From NCBI GenBank assembly GCA_951406725.2, contig OX597836.1, positions 13,206,001 through 13,270,000 on the forward strand: a stretch of DNA of 64,000 nucleotides, given 5' to 3'. Position numbers and translations under genes: made by a program. Positions 29,601 to 43,162 of this stretch are shown here, one piece after another (the stretch's first letter is position 1; every line of letters starts with the position of its first letter). This DNA comes from Octopus vulgaris (lineage: Eukaryota). The notes under the pieces were generated by a model that was not told the DNA's origin, searched no databases, and saw only the letters and a program-made list of their open reading frames with translations.

Positions 29601-29904
29601 CCCAACTGCATGATATAGATTGTAGTGTACAAATACGAAGTCAAGACAAATACACAGAAATATGTGTATATTGGTAGTGCCGCAGACACTATGAAAAATC
29701 GTTTGAGAAACCACCTCTAGTCGTTTTCCAATATAAACAAAAGACACTCTACATTTCTCTCGAACCTCGTCTGGAGGCTAAAACAATGGAGTAGAATACA
29801 CAACCCACAGGTCAATTATAAAAAAATATAAAATTATAACAAAATTATAAAAACAATTATAAAAACGAACAAGGCGAGCTGAGTTTAACCCTAGGTGCGG
29901 TGAG

Positions 29905-29949
29905 AGCCACTGATGGGCATTAAAATGAGAAATCATCGATGATCTGGCT
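29905..29949 (+). ncRNA. Type-I hammerhead-like motif, two substitutions
   Basis: AGCCA-CUGAUGG-gCAUU(aa)AAUGa-GAAAU-CAUCGAUG-AUC-UGGCU; perfect stem I, palindromic stem III. Confidence 0.6.
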
Positions 29950-30265
29950 ATGTCCACTGCTGTAGGGAGCTTCCCCCTTGTCAGTCATTAAGATAGTGCT
30001 TACCGTGGCAATTGTGTTGCATTATCTAGCAGACGTAAACGCACACACACACACACACACACGTGCACAAACACATAAACACACATAAATACACACAAAT
30101 GCACATACACGCGCACATGTTTTGTTTATTTTGTCATATTTATGAAATATTTGACAGAAATATAAATACGCATATATTCATCTTCGAATCTTTTTTTTTT
30201 TTTTACCTGTATTTACATTTCAGGAATGCACTAATTGCTGTTGTATTACCTCAAATCTCTTACAG

Positions 30266-33200
30266 GTAAAAACACTATAAGAGCCAGCAATGTCACTGAC
30301 ACGTTTTTTACGGCAAATAATACAAACTTTACCACAAGTGTAACATATCAAAATGATGTGACGACAGAGGTTACAAAAACCACGAGGAAAGAAATCTTTA
30401 CAATTTCTGTAACAACAGAAAATGGCGTGACAACAGATGTAGAAACCACGAGTAACGCAAACATTACAACCTCTGTAACAACAGAAAATGGTGTGACAAC
30501 AGATGTTTCAGAAACCCCGAGTAACGCAAACAATACAACTTCTGTAACAACAGAAAATGGTGTGACAACAGATGTTGTAGAAACCCCGAGTAACGCAAAC
30601 TTTACAACGTCTGTAACAACAGAAAATCGTGTGACAACAGATGTTGTAGAAACCACGAGTAACGCAAACTTTACAACTTCTGTAACAACAGAAAATCGTG
30701 TGACAACAGATGTTTCAGAAACCACGAGTAACGCAAACTTTACAACTTCTGTAACAACAGATGTTGTAGAAACCACGAGTGACGCAAACTTTACAACTTC
30801 TGTAACAACAGAAAATGGTGTGACAACAGATGTTGTAGAAACCACGAGTAACGCAAACAATACAACTTCTGTAACAACAGAAAATGGTGTGACAACAGAT
30901 GTTTCAGAAACCACGAGTAACGCAAACTTTACAACTTCTGTAACAACAGAAAATGGTGTGACAACAGATGTTGTAGAAACCACGAGTAACGCAAACTTTA
31001 CAACTTCTGCAACAACAGAAAATGGTGTGACAACAGATGTTGTAGAAACCACGAGTAACGCAAACTTTACAACTTCTGCAACAACAGAAAATGGTGTGAC
31101 AACAGATGTTGTAGAAACCACGAGTAACGCAAACTTTACAACTTATGTAACAACAGAAAATGGTGTGACAACAGATGTTGTAGAAACCACGAGTAACGCA
31201 AACTTTACAACTTCTGTAACAACAGAAAATGGTGTAACAACAGATGTTTCAGAAACCACGAGTAACGCAAACTTTACAACTTCTGTAACAACAGATGTTG
31301 TAGAAACCACGAGTGACGCAAACTTTACAACTTCTGTAACAACAGAAAATGGTGTGACAACAGATGTTGTAGAAACCACGAGTAACGCAAACAATACAAC
31401 TTCTGTAACAACAGAAAATGGTGTGACAACAGATGTTGTAGAAACCACGAGTAACGCAAACTTTACAACTTCTGTAACAACAGAAAATGGTGTGACAACA
31501 GATGTTGTAGAAACCACGAGTAAACGCAAACTTTACAACTTCTGTAACAACAGAAAATGGTGTGACAACAGATGTTGTAGAAACCACGAGTAACGCAAAC
31601 TTTACAACTTCTGTAACAACAGAAAATGGTGTGACAACAGATGTTTCAGAAACCACGAGTAACGCAAACTTTACAACTTCTGCAACAACAGAAAATGGTG
31701 TGACAACAGATATTGCAGAAACCACGAGTAACGCAAACTTTACAACTTATATAACAACAGAAAATGGTGTAACAACAGCTGTTTCAGAAACCACGAGTAA
31801 CGCAAACAATACAACTTCTGTAACAACAGAAAATGGTATGACAACAGATATTGTAGAAACCACGAGTAACACAAACTTTACAACTTCTGTTACTACAGAC
31901 AATGGTGTGACAACAGATGTTGTAGAAACCACGAGTAACGCAGACGGTGCAACTTCTGTAATAACAGAAAATGGTGTGACAACGGATGTAGAAATCACAG
32001 GTAACTCAGATATTCCCACTTCTGTAGCAAGCGAAAGCTATGTCACAACCGTTACAGGTACGTTAAACAATAACACAGACAATAGCACAGACATAACCAC
32101 TTCAGTAACAAGAAAAACCGATGTGACAACTGAAGTTACAAATATATTAAACCGTAGCACATACATTTCCACACCTGCAACAAGCAATAGTAATAGGACA
32201 ACAAACGTTACACTCATGTTACACAGTAACACAAACACTCCGCCTTCAGTGACTAACGATAGCTATGTGACAACTGAAGTTACAAATATGTTAAACAGTA
32301 GCACATACATTTCCACTCCTGCAACAAGCAATAGTAATAGGACAACAAACGTTACACTCATGTTACACAGTAACACAAACACTCCGCCTTCAGTGACTAA
32401 CGAAAGCTATGTGACAACTGCAGTTACAAATATATTAAACAGTAGCACATACATTTCCACTCCTGCGACAAGCAATAGTAATAGGACAACAAACGTTACA
32501 CTCATGTTACACAGTAACACAAACACTCCGCCTTCAGTGAATAACGAAAGCTATGTGACAACTGCAGTTACAAATATATTAAACAGTAGCACATACATTT
32601 CCACTCCTGCGACAAGCAATAGTAATAGGACAACAAACGTTACACTCATGTTACACAGTAACACAAACACTCCGCCTTCAGTGACCAACGAAAGCTATGT
32701 GACAACTGAAGTTACAAATATATTAAACAGTAGCACATACATTTCCACTCCTGCAACAAGCAATAGTAATAGGACAACAAACGTTACACTCATGTTACAC
32801 AGTAACACAAACACTCCGCCTTCAGTGACTAACGAAAGCTATGTGACAACTGAAGTTACAAATATATTAAACAGTAGCACATACATTTCCACTCCTGCAA
32901 CAAGCAATAGTAATAGGACAACAAACGTTACACTCATGTTACACAGTAACACAAACACTCCGCCTTCAGTGACCAACGAAAGCTATGTGACAACTGAAGT
33001 TACAAATATATTAAACAGTAGCACATACATTTCCACTCCTGCAACAAGCAATAGTAATAGGACAACAAACGTTACACTCATGTTACACAGTAACACAAAC
33101 ACTCCGCCTTCAGTGACTAACGAAAGCTATGTGACAACTGAAGTTACAAATATATTAAACAGTAGCACATACATTTCCACTCCTGCAACAAGCAATAGTA

Positions 33201-35087
33201 ATATGACAACAAACGTTACACTCATGTTACACAGTAACACAAACACTCCGCCTTCAGTGACCAACGAAAGCTATGTGACAACTGAAGTTACAAATATATT
33301 AAACAGTAGCACATACATTTCCACTCCCGCAACAAGCAATAGTAATAGGACAACAAACGTTACACTCATGTTACACAGTAACACAAACACTCCGCCTTCA
33401 GTGACTAACGAAAGCTATGTGACAACTGAAGTTACAAATATATTAAACAGTAGCACATACATTTCCACTCCTGCAACAAGCAATAGTAATATGACAACAA
33501 ACGTTACACTCATGTTACACAGTAACACAAACACTCCGCCTTCAGTGACTAACGAAAGCTATGTGACAACTGAAGTTACAAATATGTTAAACAGTAGCAC
33601 ATACATTTCCACTCCCGCAACAAGCAATAGTAATAGGACAACAAACGTTACACTCATGTTACACAGTAACACAAACACTCCGCCTTCAGTGACTAACGAA
33701 AGCTATGTGACAACTGAAGTTACAAATATATTAAACAGTAGCACATACATTTCCACTCCTGCGACAAGCAATAGTAATAGGACAACAAACGTTACACTCA
33801 TGTTACACAGTAACACAAACACTCCGCCTTCAGTGAATAACGAAAGCTATGTGACAACTGAAGTTACAAATATATTAAACAGTAGCACATACATTTCCAC
33901 TCCTGCGACAAGCAATAGTAATAGGACAACAAACGTTACACTCATGTTACAAAGTAACACAAACACTCCGCCTTCAGTGAATAACGAAAGCTATGTGACA
34001 ACTGAAGTTACAAATATATTAAACAGTAGCACATACATTTCCACTCCTGCGACAAGCAATAGTAATAGGACAACAAACGTTACACTCATGTTACACAGTA
34101 ACACAAACACTCCGCCTTCAGTGAATAACGAAAGCTATGTGACAACTGAAGTTACAAATATGTTAAACAGTAGCACATACATTTCCACTCCTGCAACAAG
34201 CAATAGTAATAGGACAACAAACGTTACACTCATGTTACACAGTAACACAAACACTCCGCCTTCAGTGACTAACGAAAGCTATGTGACAACTGAAGTTACA
34301 AATATATTAAACAGTAGCACATACATCTCCACTCCTGCAACAAGCAATAGTAATAGGACAACAAACGCTACACTCATGTTACACAGTAACACAAACACTC
34401 CGCCTTCAGTGACTAACGAAAGCTATGTGACAACTGAAGTTACAAATATATTAAACAGTAGCACATACATCTCCACTCCTGCAACAAGCAATAGTAATAG
34501 GACAACAAACGCTACACTCATGTTACACAGTAACACAAACACTCCGCCTTCAGTGACTAACGAAAGCTATGTGACAACTGAAGTTACAAATATGTTAAAC
34601 AGTAGCACATACATTTCCACTCCCGCAACAAGCAATAGTAATAGGACAACAAACGTTACACTCATGTTACACAGTAGCACAGATCTCCCCACTTCTGTAA
34701 CAAATGAAAGTAATGTAACAACAGATGTTACAAGAAGTGAAACTAAAGCAGACGTCACCATGAATGTAACACCTCTTACTAATATCACAACAGATGCTGT
34801 CACGGTCATTCCCACAGCTGTAACATACCAGAATGCATCTCAATGGCAACCTGTCACGGTGACGACGGTAGAAATGAACAGTGAAAGTAATTCCGACACT
34901 CTATCGTTTTTCACCGATGCAACAGAGAATTCAGGCGAAGATTCAACAACGACCGAAGGCAACGTAGACGGTGTTACAAAAGTTACTACTTACAGCGGAG
35001 AAATCACTTCGTACTTTACAGAAACAGGTAGAAATATTACAAGCGAACCCACACTTCAGTTTTCTATTAACAGTGATATAGACCGTA
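30266..35087 (+). CDS. Adhesion GPCR exon 2: giant Thr/Ser/Asn-rich repeat stalk (1,607 codons if the +1 frameshift at 31522-31524 is corrected)
   Basis: Acceptor tctcttacag|GT, donor CGTA|gtatgt, both phase 1; ORFs 30235..31593 and 31562..35110 are one repeat array offset by an extra A. Confidence 0.8.
30410..32000 (+). repeat. Coding minisatellite, 69-bp unit (ETTSNANFTTSVTTENGVTTDVV)
   Basis: accacgagt at 30841 and 30910 (69-bp period); two 51-bp short units. Confidence 0.95.
32120..34715 (+). repeat. Coding minisatellite, 144-bp/48-aa unit x18
   Basis: TYISTPATS recurs every 144 bp from about 32160 to 34608. Confidence 0.95.
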
Positions 35088-35135
35088 GTATGTGCTATAT
35101 AACATCTTAGTTTACTACTACTACTACTACTACTA

Positions 35136-35183
<48 letters not shown>

Positions 35184-35553
35184 GCTGCTGCTGCTGCTGC
35201 TGAGTTGCTGAGACCCCCTTCGGTCATGACTGACCATGGGATTGCACCTAGGAAGTTACCCTCCCAGGCACAAGTCCGTGCGGCAAGGTTGTTTATAGAA
35301 GACCAGCAGTCGCCCATGCATACCGGCCTCCCCCCATCCCCGCCACCAGTGTTATCCAAGGGAAAGGCAAAGGGGGTCCGATACAGCTTTGCACCTATGA
35401 CGTCGCAACCCATTTCTACATCTGAGTGAACTGGAGCAACGTGAAATGAAGTGTCTTGCTCAAGAACACAACACGCAGCTCGGTCCGGGATTCGAACTCA
35501 CAACCTCACGATCGTAAGCCCGACGCTCTAACCACTGAGCCATGCGCCCTCAC

Positions 35554-37440
35554 ACTACTACTACTACTACTATAGAGCGAGCAACAAGCGATAACATTAC
35601 AGAGATGGCCGCTATTGTTACGATACATGAAACTGCTTCTGTCAACATTGCAGATCACGGCGACGACACGGCGACATTTCAGACTGCTTTTGACGACAAT
35701 ACAAAATCGCATGAGTAATCAATCCAGGTTGTAACGCGGCACATGCACTCCCTAATGTCGTGATATTCTCTGCTGGTATCGCTGACATTGCTACAGAACT
35801 GAGGACGGACTGTAAAACGAAACCACATCCTTGTAAATCATGATCTTACTGGACGACAAGCAATTGCAAGGCTCACTGCACAAACGGAAAGCATTAATTA
35901 CAAGCCATGTCAAACAACTAGTGCGCAGTAACCTAGTTGGAAGGTAGGTGAGTTAACGTTGGGAGTAGTTCGACCCGGGGGCGGAGACGCTCTTGTGAGG
36001 GCAATGGTTTTAGGTCTGCTGTATAAGCCTCTATAGGCTTGTAGCGACCCGGGAGAAGAGAACTACAAACTCAAGGGCTGCCTCTGACGGCACATACTTT
36101 AGTCACATCATTGTCAGTAACATTACTTCAGATCGAGTTACTGATGGGTTTAATAATCTAAGGAAACAATGATAGTCAATCTGCTGCTATTTCTAGTAAA
36201 TAATCGTTTCTACTATAGGCACAAGGGTTGAAATTTTCGGGGGAAGGGGCTAGTTGATTACATCGACTCCAATGCGTAACTGGAGTTTCAATTCCCGAAC
36301 CGGGGTGAGCGGGTACATTGTATTTTTATTCTTATGTAAAAGCATTTCATTTCACGTTGCTCCAGTCCGTTCAGCTGTAAATGTCTAACCCTGCGAAGTA
36401 CTAGCGTCACGTTCAGAGTTAAAGTTCGATCTGTCCTGGGGACACGAGACCGGATTATCCAGGGGTTGATGAGGATGATAATGATGATCACGATGATGAA
36501 ATTACTACTTATAACGGGGTAGATTTTACTGTAAACGGTGTAACAATGAAAATGATCTCTCTCTATGAGTAATACGCTACTCTACAAACAGATAAAGCTA
36601 TAACACATCAAAGTATAATTGATCGCGATCGCTTTACTGATACAAAGATACTCACCCTTAGTATGACTGACAATAGTTTAAATAACATTAAGTGTTGAAA
36701 TAATTGTAGTTAGAAACACTAACCTCATATATGAAAATACTGACAGCATCATAGATAATACTAAACTTTTTACTGCTGATATATGAAAAAAAAATATACT
36801 GTTGATCGTACCACTAACCAAATAATTAATACGAATACATATTTTCTGAAATTAAGCTGTCACACACGATAATCCCTCAGAAACATCTGTTGTAAATTTT
36901 ACAAACGCTAAAGCTGCAACGACGAATATAACTCAACTTCCGGAGCAGACGATACTAATTTCTTACAAATATTATGACATCGTCTGGTATATTTTCCAGC
37001 TCGAGCATTGCTGTCGATGTTATTAAAAAAAAAAAAAAAATCCAGATTTTTTTCTACGACAAAATACTGAGAATTTCAAAGTACGCTCAAAGAGAATAAT
37101 TCGACAATGGAGACACTATAACATCGATTTTTGTTATTACAGCTTCCCTCTAAACACCGGAACAAATATGCTAGACAAGGCGGCCCAACTTATTACTCTT
37201 ACAAGCAATCAAATTGTTACAGACGGTGTCACTATTAAAACAACAGATTTGAATTCCACAGTCGTCAACAGGCATCAGTTCACTGGCAATACGAGCGTTA
37301 ACGAAAACGTTACAGAAGTTACTTTAATAAGCAAACTCCCTGGCGAATCTCACCACAAGCGATGTCATAACCAAACAGCAAAACTACAAACAGTATATGT
37401 AAAAACCTCCTCCAACTTAAAGTACAACTGATCCAAATTA
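35554..37440 (+). pseudogene. Decayed Thr/Asn-rich exon remnant within the intron
   Basis: Broken frames TTTTTTIERATSDNITEMAAIVT, DNPSETSVVNFTNAKAATTNITQ, IVTDGVTIKTTDLNSTVVN...GNTSVNENVTEVT with stops, shifts and SINE fragments. Confidence 0.55.
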
Positions 37441-38517
37441 TAATAATAACCATTTGATTAAAAACCCTAACTTCTAACACTGAAACTAAACAAATGCTGA
37501 AACAAAAAACTAGAAACACACACAAAAAAAAGCACCAATCTTTCTAATTTATTTTGCAATGAACGTGTGCAGAAATTACTGTTGTGTATAAATGATGTCT
37601 TTTTTTTGTTTTTGCAAAATATGTGCGCATCAATTCGAAGGATGGCCTCCATTTAAATTTCTTCAACTGAAAAAAAAAAAAAAAATTCGATTTCCTCTTG
37701 AAAACCTTTTGCGTGCACATTCCCCAAGTTTGCGCACGAGTTGTAAAACAAGAGCACATCATAGAAAACAAAACACATTGCATGCGACTAATATGTGACT
37801 AATTTGCTTGTTTTACTACTTTTAACAATAGTTATGAGAAAATTGTTCTTTGTTTGAGCACAAAAGTTTTCGTTTTTAACGGTGAAACTCGAGGGAGATA
37901 AAGCTACAAACAGTAGCGTGTAAATAATGGGTTAACCCCGCCACTTTAGGTGGAAAAAAGTGTTTTAGCCCGATGTTTGCAACCTATTATTCATAGCTTT
38001 ATCTACCGCGAGTTGCATCATTAAAAACAATTTGTTCCGTGTCGTTCGATGTTTCTAAAGTGAGGTATAAAATCGCAGGTATGAATCGCAGGTAGGGCCA
38101 AGCATCTCACATTTCCAATCAACTTACTTGGAGTACCGAGATCTGGTACTTCGGAAATGGCTGGTTAACATTTTCAGTGCTAGTCAAAGCGAGAAAATTG
38201 TCCCGTACTTTTATCGAGTACCATCTGATACTTTCGAGTTGGGCAAAGCAAGAATATTCTTCTGTCCATCTTTCAACGAAGCTTTTAACTGTTGCTAGAT
38301 AACTGGTGTTCTTTTTTGTTTCGTTTCATCAATAGGCGTAGGAGTGGCTGTGTAGTAAGTAGCTTGCTCACCAACCACATGGTTCTGGGTTCAGTCCCAC
38401 TGTGTGGCACCTTGGGCAAGTGTCTTCTACTATAGCTTCGGGCCGACCAAAGCCTTGTGAGTGGATTTGGTAGAGGGAAACTGAAAGAAGCCCATCGTAT
38501 ATATGTAAATGTATATA

Positions 38518-38586
<69 letters not shown>

Positions 38587-38589
38587 ATA

Positions 38590-38624
<35 letters not shown>

Positions 38625-39217
38625 GTGTATACGTTTGTGTCTGTGTTTATCCCCCCAACATCGCTTGACAACCGATGCTGGTGTGTTATGTCTCCGTAAC
38701 TTAGTGGTTCGGCAAAAGAGACCGATAGAATAAGTACTAGGCTTACAAAGAATAAGTCCTGGGGTTGATTTGCTCGACTAAAGGCGGTGTTCCAGCATGG
38801 CCACAGTCAAATGACTGAAACAAGTAAAAGAGTAAAAGAGTCCATCATTTTAATCTTTTCATAAATTCGAACCCTTGTCCTTTCGATCATCATAGTATTC
38901 CACATCGTTCATCAGATCAAATTATCACTGATGAACCGGAAAAAATCATAATTCCCAGGTAGTGTAGAATTTGGATGGGGGTGGGGAAAAGGTTTCTGTT
39001 CGTTACTTCCGGATTTTTTATTGCCTTAAGTATGGACAATTCTTTTGTCGTCAAGACGTTTTTATCTGATTTGAAGGTATTTTTGATATGCTGAACACAA
39101 AAGTGGGATATTTTCTTTTGCCATCACGTCTAGATTTCAGACAAATCACCCACACACCTAATCATCAGTGGGCGATAGGCGTGGGCTTTAAGCCTTTCTT
39201 TTGGATAAAGGGGAAAC

Positions 39218-39595
39218 ACTCCGTCGGTTACGACGACGAGGGTTCCGGTTGATTCGAATCAACGGAACAGCCCGCTCGTGAAATTAACGTGTAAGTGGCT
39301 GAGCACTCCACAGACACGTGCACCCTTAACGTAGTTCTCGGGGATATTCAGCGTGACACAGAGAGTGACAAGGCCGGCCCTTTGAAATACAGTTACAACA
39401 GAAACAGGAAGTAAGAGTGAGAGAAAGTTGTGGTGAAAGAGTACAGCAGGGATCACCACCATCCCCTGCCGGATCCTCGTGGAGCTTTAGGTGTTTTCGC
39501 TCAATAAACACTCACAATGCCCGGTCTGGGAATCGAAACCGCGATCCTATGACCGCGAGTCCGCTGCCCTAACCACCGGGCCATTGCGCCCCCAC
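39218..39595 (-). mobile_element. Type C tRNA-derived SINE
   Basis: Head ggcgcaatggccc..tggttagggcagcggactcgcgg...ggtttcgattccc; relatives at 40420-40712(+), 40860-41155(-), 43540-43835(-), 55210-55501(-), 63548-63925(-). Confidence 0.85.
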
Positions 39596-41740
39596 CTTTT
39601 GGATAAAACAGTGATGGTGTAGAGACTTACAGGCATAGGTAGCTGTCAGTCTTCCTTTAGAAAAAAAAAATCTTTCTTAGGCAAGATCACATGTTCGTCG
39701 AAGGCCATCTGGTCATCCTTAAGTGGTGAGTTGCGTGGTAACTTTCAAGTGAAAAAGAATTGCGCAACGTCAACCTCGCTCTTTCTTACATGTTCATTTT
39801 CAACTCGATGGCAAGATCAGATCAAGAAAACTGGGAATGGAGACGGATTCTGTGGATGACCAAAATGTCTTTTTTGTTTCATCATGCTCGCTGAACTCAG
39901 CAATGCGTTGACCTTTTTTTCGTTTCCCCGGCTCAAAATATTTATTTCTAAACTTGGAGGTTCCGTAAATGTTATTCTTTTATTCTCTTATTTGTTTCAG
40001 TCATTTGGCTGCGGCCATGCTGGAGCACCACCTTTTTAGTCGAACAAATCGATCTCACGACTTATTCTTTGTAAGCCTAGTACTTATTGTATCGGTACCT
40101 TTTGCCGAACCGCTAAGTTACAGGGACGTAAACACATATACATCGGTTATGAAGCGATGGTGGTGGTGGTGGTGGGGGGGGGCAAACACAGACACACAAA
40201 CACACACATACACAAGCACATATATATACGACAGGCTTCTTTCAGTTTCCGTCTAGCAAATCCACTCACAAGGCTTTGGTCGGCCCGAGGTTATAATAAA
40301 AAGACACTTGCCCAAGGTGCCACGCCATGAGACTGAACCCGCAACCATGTTGTTGGGAACTACACATCCACGCATACACCTATATTAGTATAAATTAAAC
40401 AGTTTTATATCATCACATGTGGAGGCGCAATGGCCTAGTGGTTAGGGCAACGGACTCGCGGTCGCAGGATCGTGGTTTCGATTCCCAGACCGGGCGTTGT
40501 GAGTGTTTATTGAGCGAAAACACCTAAAAGCTCCACGAGGCTCCGGCAGGGGTGGTGATCCCTGCTGTACTCTTTCACCACTCTTTCTCCCACTCTTTCT
40601 TCTGTTGGTCTGCTCGCTTAGCCAGCGGGGTGGCGTCGTTCGAAGGCTAAAACAATGCGAACGCATTGTGACCAGCGATGTGTAACAACATCTGATGGTC
40701 TGGTCGGTCACGAAAAAAAAGAAAATATCATCACATATCCCATAACTATTGCAAGTAATTTCTTAATAGTGCAGGTCCTGGCGTTTATCTCCCAAATTAA
40801 TGCTTGTAAATGAGTTATACTAGGAGATTGTCACGACTGGATTGTTTTTGTTTGTGGCTTCTCAAGCCATCCCTGGCTCATAAGGGCCGGTTTCCCGGTT
40901 TCATTGGCGTATATGTTCCCCACCCGGACGGGACGCCGGTCCGTCGCAGGTGAGCTGCAAGATGCAGGAGGAAAGAGTGAGAGAAAGTTGTGGCGAAAGA
41001 GTCAGCAGAAGTTTCGCCATTACCTTCTGCCGGAGCCGCGTGGAGCTTAGGTGTTTTCGCTCATAAACACACACATCACCCGGTCTGAGATTCGAACCCG
41101 CGATCCCTCGACCGTGAGTCCGCTGCTCTAACCACTAGGCCATGTGCCTCCACACGGATTGTTTTTGATAAAAGATGTTCTTGATCCGAGTAGAACTGGA
41201 GCTAACAAGAATAACAACAGTAAAATTTAATGGCTGTGATTGAGAAGCTTACTTGCCACCAGGTTGTTTCGACTTAAGTCCACTGTACGGCTCCTTAAAG
41301 AGGTGTCCTCTGCTATAATACCGGGACCGACCAATACCCTATGAGCGAATTTGGTAGGCAGAAACAATGAGGAAGTCGGTCGTATATCAATAAATATGTG
41401 TACATATGTGTGTATGTGTATGTGTGTGTGTGAATGTCTTTGTGTTTATGCCCACACTGTTTAACAACCGGTGTTTGTTTGCTTATGTCGCAGTAACATA
41501 GTGGTTCGAAGAAGGGTGGGCTGAGAGAATAATTGCCAGACTTAAAAAGAAAGGCCTGGGATCGATATTTTTGAATAAAATCTTCAAGGTGGTGCTCCAG
41601 CGTGGCCACCGTCTAATGGCTGAAACATGTAAAAAATAAAAAATAAAATGTTTAAAAATTTCATTTAGTGTCCCTGACATAATATTATGTCCAATAATCA
41701 ATTATGCATTTTATGTTAATTGCACCTCATTTAATTGCAG

Positions 41741-43162
41741 CATCTACAGATGTAACCACAGTGACCAACCCAACAACCATAAACACAAGTCTAGCATTTA
41801 CAAACAATACCATAGTAACCATATCACCAACAACAGAAAGTACCACGGTAACCATGCCAACAACCAGTGAAGATACCACGGTAACCATACCACCAACAAC
41901 AGAAAGTACTACGGAACCAATGTCATCAACCACAGAAAGTACCACAGTAACCATGCCAACAACCAGTGAAGATACCACGGTAACCATACCACCAACAACA
42001 GAAAGTACCACGGTAACCATACCATCAACCACTGAAAGTAGTACGGTACCAATGACACCATCCACAGAAAGTACCTCGGAATCGATGAAACCAACCACAG
42101 AAGGTAGTACGGTACCAATGTCACCATCCACAGAAAGTACCTCGGAATCGATGAAACCAACCACAGAAGGTAGTACGGTACCAATGTCACCATCCACAGA
42201 AAGTACCTCGGAATCGATGAAACCAACCACAGAAGGTAGTACGGTACCAATGTCACCATCCACAGAAAGTACCACGGAACCAATGTCATCAACCACAGAA
42301 AGTACCACAGTAACCATGCCAACAACCAGTGAAGATACCACGGTAACCATACCACCAACAACAGAAAGTACTACGGAACCGATGTCATCAACCACAGAAA
42401 GTACCACAGTAACCATGCCAACAACCAGTGAAGATACCACGGTAACCATACCACCAACAACAGACAGTACCATGGTAACCATGTTAACAACCGGAGAAAG
42501 TACCGTGGTAACCATGCCACCATCCACAGACAGTACCATGGTAAACATGTTAACAACCGGAGAAAGTACCGTGGTAACCATGCCACCATCCACAGACAGT
42601 ACCATGGTAAACATGTTAACAACCGGAGAAAGTACCGTGGTAACCATGCCACCATCCACAGACAGTACCATGGTAAACATGTTAACAACCGGAGAAAGTA
42701 CCGTGGTAACCATGCCACCATCCACAGACAGTACCATGGTAAACATGTTAACAACCGGAGAAAGTACCGTGGTAACCATACCATCATCCACATACAGTAC
42801 CATGGTAAACATGTTAACAACCGGAAAAAGTACCGTGGTAACCATGCCACCATCCACAGACAGTACCATGGTAAACATGTTAACAACCGGAGAAAGTACC
42901 GTGGTAACCATGCCACCATCCACAGACAGTACCATGGTAAACATGTTAACAACCGGAGAAAGTACCGTGGTAACCATACCATCATCCACATACAGTACCT
43001 CGGAATCGATGCTACTAACCATAGAAGGTAGCGCAGACACCACCTTAGTATCAACAGAAACTTCAGTTGCAACTGTAAAAAGTATCACAATACAATCATC
43101 ACCACCACCAACAACAATAGCACCAACAACCAGTACGAGTACTACAGTAACGATAACCCCAG
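41741..43162 (+). CDS. Adhesion GPCR exon 3: Pro/Thr/Ser/Met mucin repeat (474 codons)
   Basis: ttaattgcag|CA...CCAG|gtaagt, phase 1-1; 11-aa units such as TTESTTVTMPT. Confidence 0.9.

Noticed and set aside
30224-30265. Alternative acceptor or mini-exon before the stalk exon
   Set aside because: In phase 1 it hits TAA at 30232-30234.
40420-40495. tRNA-like sequences at SINE heads
   Set aside because: Imperfect acceptor stems and always fused to SINE bodies; not called as tRNA genes.
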